Below, one piece after another: positions 19,549 to 26,674 of a stretch of DNA of 64,000 nt. The stretch is taken from the NCBI GenBank assembly GCA_002501805.1, contig DAOI01000024.1:12224-76223 (forward strand). The letters run 5' to 3'. The notes below the pieces were generated by a model. The model searched no databases. It saw nothing but the letters and a program-made list of their open reading frames with translations, and was not told the DNA's origin. This DNA comes from Euryarchaeota archaeon UBA463 (GTDB lineage: Archaea; Thermoplasmatota; Poseidoniia; Poseidoniales; Thalassarchaeaceae). Numbering within the stretch: position 1 is the stretch's first letter; every line of letters begins with the position of its first letter. The translations under genes were made by a program, and so were the position numbers.

Positions 19549-20214
19549 GTGAACAGGGCCGTATCATCAATTTCTCTGTCCCTGTTGCTGCTACTCAGTA
19601 TAGCCTCTAGCGGTTGTATGGGACTCGCAATGCAGAGGGAGTTAATGGAGGGAATGAGAGACGATCCCCGTGAGGAAATTGTACCCGTTGAACCCATTGT
19701 ACAAGCTCACATTTTCGCGCAGAACGAGTGTATATTGCCCGAAATCGACAGCTACAGTCAAGAGACAGACTGCTACTCTAACGAGAGTGTGATATTAGTC
19801 GATGAGACAGTTTCCAAGATGCTACTAGACTTCTCAGTGTCCTTCGAGTGGTCTTCAACTGTCGGAGAATTTCTTGGAAATAATACAGATGAACTCAGAT
19901 TCGTTGAGATTACTCTATTGAAACCAAATGGTGACAATTGCTGGGAGTATCTTGCAACCAGCTCAGTGGGCCAGATGTCCCTGGAGCTTAGGAGTGAGAG
20001 TGACTGCACTATTTCCATTGGAAACTCTTCTGGTTTTACGAATGGAAATTGGGTTCTCCAAGTTAGGGCCAGGGGATATGCGTTATCCGCTCCCATCGAC
20101 ACACTCTCGTTTGAAGACGAGTTCAGAGTTTCACTTTGGGTTACCAAGAAGTGCATTGTCTTCCCAGAAATACACGCAGAAGGCGAGTGTACATTTAGCT
20201 CAGAGCTCGAATAA
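19549..20214 (+). CDS. Hypothetical Cys-rich secreted or lipid-anchored protein
   Basis: The ORF is open from 19342. In-frame GTG 19549 gives M-NRAVSSISLSLLLLLSIASSGC, a signal or weak lipobox-like N-terminus. The mature part has 8 Cys. No known domain. The start is uncertain. Confidence 0.4.
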   Translation: MNRAVSSISLSLLLLLSIASSGCMGLAMQRELMEGMRDDPREEIVPVEPIVQAHIFAQNECILPEIDSYSQETDCYSNESVILVDETVSKMLLDFSVSFEWSSTVGEFLGNNTDELRFVEITLLKPNGDNCWEYLATSSVGQMSLELRSESDCTISIGNSSGFTNGNWVLQVRARGYALSAPIDTLSFEDEFRVSLWVTKKCIVFPEIHAEGECTFSSELE

Positions 20215-20251
20215 GGCTCAGTTGGCCGACAGATGTATTGGCGTAGCGCTT

Positions 20252-20905
20252 ATGAGTGGTTGGCAGTTCGCCGGACTCCGAGGAATCGCTTTGGATGAGA
20301 GCCTAACCCCACTTGTACCGCTTGACACGTATGAGCAGCACGCTGTTCACATAGGCACAAACCAGAAATCTTCGGATATGAAAGCATTCTTGGATACTTT
20401 CAGACAAGATGGTAGTGGACTTCACCATATTGACATTAGACAGACTGACTCTAGGATTCGCACCGTAGCTAAATTCCTAGCTAACTATGACTCTAGTAGG
20501 ATACTAGTGGTTAGCGCTCGTCAGTACGGTCAGCGACCTGCGAGAATGTTCGCCGAGGCCATAGGAGCCAAGAGAATTGTTGGGAGATTCATTCCCGGAA
20601 CTCTAACCAATCCAAAACTCAGGACTTACATTGAGCCTGAAGTAATCGTAGTCACGGATCCCGCGGCTGACTCCCAGGCTCTTTCCGAGGCTGTGAGTTC
20701 TGGTATGCCCGTTATCGGAATCTGCGACGCAAACAATAGATTGAGAAATGTCGATCTAGTTCTGCCAGCCAACAATAAAGGAAGAAGATCACTTGCCCTA
20801 ATTTACTGGCTTCTTGCTAGAGAAACTCTGAAGATAAAAAGTGGGATATCCGATGTAGATTGGGAACGCTCTCAGGATGTTGATGACTGGGAGTCTTCTT
20901 TCTAG
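20252..20905 (+). CDS. rps2: 30S ribosomal protein S2 (uS2)
   Basis: HIGTNQKSSDMKAF...ILVVSARQYGQRPARMFAEAIGAKRIVGRFIPGTLTNP...IVVTDPAADSQALSEA...GIPVIGICDANN...VDLVLPANNKGRRSLALIYWLLARE is archaeal S2. The upstream 108 codons of ORF 19928 overlap the preceding gene and show no S2 similarity. Confidence 0.9.
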   Translation: MSGWQFAGLRGIALDESLTPLVPLDTYEQHAVHIGTNQKSSDMKAFLDTFRQDGSGLHHIDIRQTDSRIRTVAKFLANYDSSRILVVSARQYGQRPARMFAEAIGAKRIVGRFIPGTLTNPKLRTYIEPEVIVVTDPAADSQALSEAVSSGMPVIGICDANNRLRNVDLVLPANNKGRRSLALIYWLLARETLKIKSGISDVDWERSQDVDDWESSF

Positions 20906-20955
20906 ACTCAATAATATCTTTTCTTAGTTCATCTGATAACTGGAAAGCCGGTCCC

Positions 20956-21960
20956 GTGCTCATGGACTTCAGCCCTGTTCCTATTTCACTGGCCCCGATG
21001 GCTGGGGTAACCGATCTAGCTTACAGGCTTCTTTCGAGGGAGTGCGGTGCTGACTTTACTGTAACAGAGTTCACCGCCGCCTCCGGACTAACTAGGAGGA
21101 ACACGTACTCATGGCTCAAGGTCGAAACCGATCCCCGGGAAGCTCCCTTCATCCCCCAGATCTTTGGAGGAGATATCTCAGAGATGGCAAAAACAGTCGT
21201 AATGCTGGAAGATAGAGCAGACATAATCGACATAAATTTTGGATGCCCCGCGCCCAAAGTCTGTAGAAACGATGCTGGGGCCGCACTCTTGAGGGATCCT
21301 GACAAGGTTGTCAGCATGGTGAGGAAATGCATAGCATCGACGGATGTACCAATCTCCGTCAAGATGAGACTAGGCACGGGCTCAGGAGAAAACACCGCTC
21401 TTGAAATCTCTCAAAGATTGGCAGAAGAAGGCGTTTTGAGAATATGTGTCCATGGTAGGACTTTGAGACAGAGATACTCAGGAACAGCCGATTGGAGGCA
21501 AATCAAAGAAATATCAGACTCTGTTGATATTCCTGTAATAGCAAATGGCGATGTCATAGATACTTACTCAGCTAAGGCCTGCCTCCAAGCTACAGGGGCC
21601 TCTGGACTAATGATTGGAAGAGGGGCAATAGGAAGGCCAACTGTATTCCATGAGATAAAAGAAGGAATGGGATGGTCAGTTGGAAACCCTCCATGGGGAG
21701 AAGGAGGTCCTTCGAAAGCAAGGAGATGGTGCTGGGATAGATACCTAGAATTATCCCAAGAGGTATTCGACGAATCTGGTGGTAAGAATCTCAAGAGACA
21801 CGCAGTATCGTTTACCAAAGGACTTCCAGGGGCCTCAGCAATGAGAGTAAGGCTACACTCAATACAGGACAAGGAGCAACTTGGTAACGAGGTAAGTAGG
21901 TATCTTCACAATCTCGAAGAAGACGAAACTCAGCCTGAAATCGCATCTTCTAATCTCTGA
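20956..21960 (+). CDS. dus: tRNA-dihydrouridine synthase
   Basis: LAPMAGVTDLAYRLL, INFGCPAPKV (catalytic Cys), VKMRLG and the TIM-barrel flavoenzyme pattern. GTG 20956 or ATG 20962. Confidence 0.85.
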   Translation: MLMDFSPVPISLAPMAGVTDLAYRLLSRECGADFTVTEFTAASGLTRRNTYSWLKVETDPREAPFIPQIFGGDISEMAKTVVMLEDRADIIDINFGCPAPKVCRNDAGAALLRDPDKVVSMVRKCIASTDVPISVKMRLGTGSGENTALEISQRLAEEGVLRICVHGRTLRQRYSGTADWRQIKEISDSVDIPVIANGDVIDTYSAKACLQATGASGLMIGRGAIGRPTVFHEIKEGMGWSVGNPPWGEGGPSKARRWCWDRYLELSQEVFDESGGKNLKRHAVSFTKGLPGASAMRVRLHSIQDKEQLGNEVSRYLHNLEEDETQPEIASSNL

Positions 21961-23021
21961 GATACTGTCTTCATTCTTCTGAGCGTTCTATCGGTACTCC
22001 TCATCACATTCTCTGTGACCATATCTCCATCTTTGCCGGAAATCCTGAACCCATAGGGCATTCTACCTCCTAGTGTATTCAGGAGTATCTTTTGGGAATC
22101 TAGCTCAATATCTGACAATATCTCCTCAACCCTTTCAATACTCAAAGACTTACTCTTCGCACCAGAGATCAACTTCTTCGAAGTATCGTCATCAATCCTC
22201 CCCAACCCCCCCCTTGTCATAAGCCACTCTTCACCTCTAGCATCAAATTGCCTCATTACTCCTACAAAGATATCCTGAGCTATCCTGCTCATCATGGGGA
22301 CTCTCTCAACTAATCCGGCCACCCTCATCTTGTCAACCGATCTACCCACCCTGGAGCGAGTCTCCCCCATCTTGTCTGAAAGTGCTAGAATAGTTCTCGG
22401 CTCGCTAGATGTACATAGCTCGATTAGGATTTTACTTGCCAGACTGTCTCCAGTGCGAGCTCTTTCTCCAGATAGTCCCAGATCTCTAGCCAATGACTCT
22501 AGATGGCCATCATCTTCTGAGGTCGGGCCCGGCTCTGAAATCATTATTCTGAATGGAAGAATCTCATCTGGTGCAGTTACTACCATCCTTTCATCAGATT
22601 GTGATATAGAACCAGAAAGCTCCTTCATCCTCAATTTTAGTACGGTTCGTGCTTCATTAGTGACTAGTTCGATCGCCGAAGAAATACTCCCTCCCCTCAG
22701 AACATGAATATGCCATCCTCCATCAGTATTTGACGATATTAAACCACATTCTCTCAGTTTTACCAGTTGATGATGAATACCAGTTTGTGAAAGCCCAGTC
22801 ACTTCACAGAGTGATTTTGCATCCCACCCTCCCAATGGCTCTTTCAGAAAGGCCTCAGTCATGATTCGATGAAGTGCACCTTGCCCCTCATCAATACCTC
22901 CTCCCTCACTTTTTCTCCTTACCAAGCCCATAGAATCTAAGAGCCACGCTAGTAAGACATCAGGATTTGTACTTCCTGTGGGCATCGGGAACTCGACCAG
23001 TCTTAGCCTGAACACAACCAT
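21930..23021 (-). CDS. Hypothetical transcriptional regulator with two winged-helix (ArsR/MarR-like) segments
   Basis: Contains SLCEVTGLSQTGIHHQLVKLRECGLIS and ILALSDKMGETRSRVGRSVDKMRVAGLVERV HTH-like segments. No closer family is recognised. Confidence 0.5.
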   Translation of the reverse strand: MVVFRLRLVEFPMPTGSTNPDVLLAWLLDSMGLVRRKSEGGGIDEGQGALHRIMTEAFLKEPLGGWDAKSLCEVTGLSQTGIHHQLVKLRECGLISSNTDGGWHIHVLRGGSISSAIELVTNEARTVLKLRMKELSGSISQSDERMVVTAPDEILPFRIMISEPGPTSEDDGHLESLARDLGLSGERARTGDSLASKILIELCTSSEPRTILALSDKMGETRSRVGRSVDKMRVAGLVERVPMMSRIAQDIFVGVMRQFDARGEEWLMTRGGLGRIDDDTSKKLISGAKSKSLSIERVEEILSDIELDSQKILLNTLGGRMPYGFRISGKDGDMVTENVMRSTDRTLRRMKTVSQRLEDAISG

Positions 23022-23094
23022 GCCCCGAGATTGGGGGTTCTATAGAATTCCCAATAGTGGATATGAAATAAGACAATTATCAACACTTTGACAA

Positions 23095-23766
23095 TTACGA
23101 ACAGTCTACTCTGATGTCAAGCCATGGATACTCAACTTTGGATCTTCTCAGACCATCTAGATGTGGAGCAAGAGATAGACCAGATTGATTTACAATCCCT
23201 CTTTTTCTGAGTACCGATATTGCTGAGTGAACAGATGCTCTAGATCTTCCAAGGTCTCTAGCCAGTTGAGCTTGAGACTCGGGCCCCTCTTCCTCGGTAA
23301 GCCTTGCTACTACCACTCTCTGAACTTCTGAGAGGCCAACAGGCATCATTGCAGCGGCCCTCGAATCATCAGTGACCCCGGTCCCCTCCAGAATCTCGAC
23401 CTGTGCCGGAGCACCGAAGTAGTAGCAAGTTCGTCCATTAACTGGTACCACTGTAACTATTCCCTCCTTAGTTAGACTATCGAGATGGTGACGTAGTGTG
23501 CCGTTTGCCGCGGATAGCCTTCTTTGAAGCTCCCTGAAGTGTATACCTGGAGATTTTTCCAATGCTTCAATAATTCTGAGTCTCAAAGGGTGCTCCCAAC
23601 CCGTCTCTCTATGGGCAATCATGGTACCCTGTGCTGCGGGAAATAGTAGTTGGAAACCACCGCCCAAACCTAGAGCGGCTCCTGCCAATGCACCGATTGA
23701 GTCAACGTACCATGGGCGAGTAGCTTTCCATTGGTCAACCAGTGCCATAATTTCGTTGGTTGACAT
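23095..23766 (-). CDS. Membrane-associated double winged-helix transcriptional regulator (ArsR-like plus MarR-like)
   Basis: An N-terminal hydrophobic segment (IGALAGAALGLGGGFQLLF) is followed by RLRIIEALEKSPGIHFRELQRRLSAANGTLRHHLDSLTKEGIV and a second HTH, QAQLARDLGRSRASVHSAISVLRKRGIV. Confidence 0.55.
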   Translation of the reverse strand: MSTNEIMALVDQWKATRPWYVDSIGALAGAALGLGGGFQLLFPAAQGTMIAHRETGWEHPLRLRIIEALEKSPGIHFRELQRRLSAANGTLRHHLDSLTKEGIVTVVPVNGRTCYYFGAPAQVEILEGTGVTDDSRAAAMMPVGLSEVQRVVVARLTEEEGPESQAQLARDLGRSRASVHSAISVLRKRGIVNQSGLSLAPHLDGLRRSKVEYPWLDIRVDCS

Positions 23767-23819
23767 GTGGGGTTTTAATGATGTGTCTTAATGCTCATAC
23801 GAAATCGTATATGAGGACC

Positions 23820-24275
23820 TCACTTGGAACCTTCGATTTTACCGTTATGTATTTTCATGTAGGCCACTAGTGGTGAAAGTAGTTTGCCTGCCCTTCTGCC
23901 ATGCTCAGTAAGGCTGTATGTTACTCTAACCGGAGGCCCGTCCTCGACTAATCTCTTGACCAAACCGAAGTCCACGCACGTTGTCAGTTTGTCAGATAGT
24001 GTACGACTACTTATTCCTCTCAGTAAGCTCCGCATCTCGTTAAACCTACGATCTCCAGCAATGTATAGAGTGGCTAAAATCTCAGTGGTCCATCTTGAGC
24101 TGAATACTGAGAATGCATCAACCGCAGAATCTACTTCCCAACTAATATCGAATTCTTCATCATTATACTTAGAAAATAATGTACGTATTTCCTTACCAAG
24201 AAGCATCACTTCATCAACCTGCTTCTCAACCTTTCTTATGTCTCTTTTTGTTAATCTAAGTGGCTCCCCTGGCAT
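23820..24275 (-). CDS. HxlR-family winged-helix transcriptional regulator
   Basis: RWTTEILATLYIAGDRRFNEMRSLLRGISSRTLSDKLTTCVDFGLVKRLVEDGPPVRVTYSLTEHGR is the HxlR signature. It also has an N-terminal extension of about 45 aa. Confidence 0.8.
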   Translation of the reverse strand: MPGEPLRLTKRDIRKVEKQVDEVMLLGKEIRTLFSKYNDEEFDISWEVDSAVDAFSVFSSRWTTEILATLYIAGDRRFNEMRSLLRGISSRTLSDKLTTCVDFGLVKRLVEDGPPVRVTYSLTEHGRRAGKLLSPLVAYMKIHNGKIEGSK

Positions 24276-24402
24276 AATAACAGGTATTCCACAAGGTATC
24301 TAGTGTATAAAATGCACCTACGTGTAATCACCATCACTATGCCAATCAAATAGTAGATTCGTTAGGTCGGTGTGAAATCTACACCAGTAGGAGGCAACAA
24401 GA

Positions 24403-24558
24403 ATGGACAAATTTCTAGAACAATGGATTGAAGAAACGATTGGCGACCAAGATATCTCTGGAGAGATGCATAAGATTAGTGCCAGCTCGATACTTTTTGC
24501 AGCTATAGCAAACTACAGGGCCCCAGCTTGGGTCCAGTCACCTCTGAAGAATATCTAG
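24403..24558 (+). CDS. Candidate small ORF (51 aa), divergent from the HxlR regulator
   Basis: Not in the track. ATG 24403 is preceded by GTAGGAGG, and translation gives MDKFLEQWIEETIGDQDISGEMHKISASSILFAAIANYRAPAWVQSPLKNI with TAG at 24556-24558. No homology is recognised, so it may be non-coding. Confidence 0.2.
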   Translation: MDKFLEQWIEETIGDQDISGEMHKISASSILFAAIANYRAPAWVQSPLKNI

Positions 24559-26636
24559 GATGAGTTATACTTTGGACGCCTTCCCTCGATCAGAGCACTG
24601 AGCCCTTCCTCTGCGTCTTCTGTACTGAAGATCTCTCCCAGTCTCTGTAGCTCGAGCTTAAGCCCATCCTCTAGAGAAGCCCCAGTTCTTACATCGGACA
24701 GTAAATCACTCGCTATACTGAGTGCTATAGGGGCTACTCTTGATAGGGATTTTATTTGTCTTGAAACTCTTGGGTCCTCTAAATCATAGTCTTCGGGAAC
24801 CTTTCCAGAAATTAACGCCTCAATATTCTTATCAGAATAGAAGCCTTTCGCGAAGAGAGCAACTTCACTATCATCATTCAGTGGTTTTCCGGGATACTTC
24901 TGGTCGGGCTTCTTTCCCACTAGAGAAAACACAATATCTTCTACATCGGAAGACTCTACTTTATGCGTCAGCAGACCTATATCAAGTGCTGTCGAGGAAT
25001 CTAGGAAGTTACCAGCCAGAACTGCATATCTGGCGCATTCAACACCACAAATCCTCGCAGTTCTCTGAGTTCCTCCAAGGCCAGGGTAAATTCCTATAGA
25101 AGTTTCTGGAAATCTGAATTGAGTCCTCCTAGTACCAATCCTGTAATCACAGGAAAGCGCTAGTTCAAGACCTCCTCCCAGTGCCAATCCTGTCGTTAGG
25201 GCAATGGTTGTCTTCTCGCATCTCTCGATACTATTGAGAACATCGTGCCCGTCTGATGTGAATTCGTATATATCTTGGAAAGAGTCCTCTCGGAGCTTAT
25301 CCACGAAGAATTTTACATCTGCTCCTGCGACAAACGCTTTGCCAGCCCCCTCGAACACAACTGTAGAAATGTCCCCTCTGGAATTAATTTCATCCACAAT
25401 CTCTCCCAATTGGGAGACAAGACTGACATTTAGGGCATTCATTGCCTCTGGACGATTCAATCTGACTCTTGCAATTTCACCCTCTACGGCTAGATCGACA
25501 TAGGAGAACTCGAACTCCTCTGTTCTATCGGAGAACCACCTCGGGAGCTCTATCCCAGCCATTTGCGAATAATTAACAGCCATCCTCGAGGCTTCACTGA
25601 CTCCTATTTCATTAGCGATTTCGAACGGTCCTTTCGCCCATCTCAAACCAACCTTAGCTCCTCTGTCAACATCTTCCATTGAGCATACCTCCTCCTCAAC
25701 AATCTGAGCAGAAACAGAGAAAACCTGTCCTAGAAGCCTCTCGGAAATTATTCTCTTAGTATCCTCATCGCATTCTTCTTCATCTCCAATTTCCCATAAT
25801 CGTCCGCCTTCTACTAGGTCCCTAAGGGAATCTGTTCCGATATATCTAGGCGTATCCAACTGTTTGGCTAAGTAATCGGTTGAATGTAATGCGATGGGCG
25901 GGCCTGTTAGATTCATCAAGGCGAATGGACCCATTCCAATATTGAAAGCGGATCTAGCAACCGAATCTATCTGTGCGGTGCTTCCCACTCCTTCTTCCAA
26001 AAGCTTGCAAGCTTCATTTAGCCATGGTACGAAGAATCGATTTACCACAAAGCCCGGGCGGTCTTTGCAAACAATTACTACCTTTCCCATTGACTTACAG
26101 TACTGTTCGACTAGCTTGATACTTCTCTCAGAACTTTCTGTAGCTGGGATCACCTCAACAAGTCTATTCTTTGCAGGGTGGTAGAAGAAGTGTAGGCCAA
26201 CAAATCTATCTGGTCTGCCAGTAGATGATGCTAGCTTGTCCACAGACAAAGAAGATGTGTTGCTGGCCAGAATGGTATGACTATCGCATACATCGTTCAA
26301 AGTCTCAAAGACGGCCTTTTTAACATCAAAATCTTCGAAAACAGCTTCAATTACCAGATCTGTTGAGGGATCAACATTCTCTGTCCCCACTACGCCAGTA
26401 ATCCTTGACTTAATCTGCTCTACCTGCTTGGAGTTGAAAATCCTACGCTCCTCTGCTTCCTTTAGGAACTCTGACACAATCCCGTGCCCTCTGTCTACCC
26501 ACTCTTGCTCCCTATCTACCATTTGGACCTCGAATCGCTCTTGGGCACTCTTCTGTGCTATCCCAGAGCCCATATTCCCCGCACCAATGATTGCCACCTT
26601 CTCAATCGGTCCCATGGCTATCCGACGAGGGGACAA
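24555..26636 (-). CDS. Bifunctional 3-hydroxyacyl-CoA dehydrogenase / enoyl-CoA hydratase (dehydrogenase N-terminal, crotonase C-terminal)
   Basis: The N-terminal Rossmann motif VAIIGAGNMGSGIAQ and 3HCDH core are followed by a C-terminal crotonase fold (VRLNRPEAMNALN...GAGKAFVAGADVKFF...GGGLELALSCDYRI). The domain order matches archaeal fused enzymes. An alternative start is ATG 26615. Confidence 0.9.
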   Translation of the reverse strand: MSPRRIAMGPIEKVAIIGAGNMGSGIAQKSAQERFEVQMVDREQEWVDRGHGIVSEFLKEAEERRIFNSKQVEQIKSRITGVVGTENVDPSTDLVIEAVFEDFDVKKAVFETLNDVCDSHTILASNTSSLSVDKLASSTGRPDRFVGLHFFYHPAKNRLVEVIPATESSERSIKLVEQYCKSMGKVVIVCKDRPGFVVNRFFVPWLNEACKLLEEGVGSTAQIDSVARSAFNIGMGPFALMNLTGPPIALHSTDYLAKQLDTPRYIGTDSLRDLVEGGRLWEIGDEEECDEDTKRIISERLLGQVFSVSAQIVEEEVCSMEDVDRGAKVGLRWAKGPFEIANEIGVSEASRMAVNYSQMAGIELPRWFSDRTEEFEFSYVDLAVEGEIARVRLNRPEAMNALNVSLVSQLGEIVDEINSRGDISTVVFEGAGKAFVAGADVKFFVDKLREDSFQDIYEFTSDGHDVLNSIERCEKTTIALTTGLALGGGLELALSCDYRIGTRRTQFRFPETSIGIYPGLGGTQRTARICGVECARYAVLAGNFLDSSTALDIGLLTHKVESSDVEDIVFSLVGKKPDQKYPGKPLNDDSEVALFAKGFYSDKNIEALISGKVPEDYDLEDPRVSRQIKSLSRVAPIALSIASDLLSDVRTGASLEDGLKLELQRLGEIFSTEDAEEGLSALIEGRRPKYNSS

Positions 26637-26674
26637 TCAATGAATGCAGCGGATGATTCGCCCAATCCAAACCA

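Noticed and set aside
19928-20251. N-terminal 108 codons of the ORF-track entry 19928..20905, which would be an extension of ribosomal protein S2.
   Set aside because: S2 similarity begins only near ATG 20252 (MSGWQFAGL...YEQHAVHIGT). The extension overlaps the preceding secreted-protein gene in another frame and looks like non-coding read-through of an open frame.
22206-22213. C8 homopolymer (G8 on the coding strand) inside the double-wHTH regulator gene, considered as a possible slipped-strand phase-variation tract. Similar G7/C7 runs occur near 402, 16906 and 30185.
   Set aside because: The tract encodes an in-frame Gly-Gly segment. There is no evidence of frame disruption, and phase variation is not established for this kind of archaeon. 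It is flagged only as a place where sequencing indels could occur.
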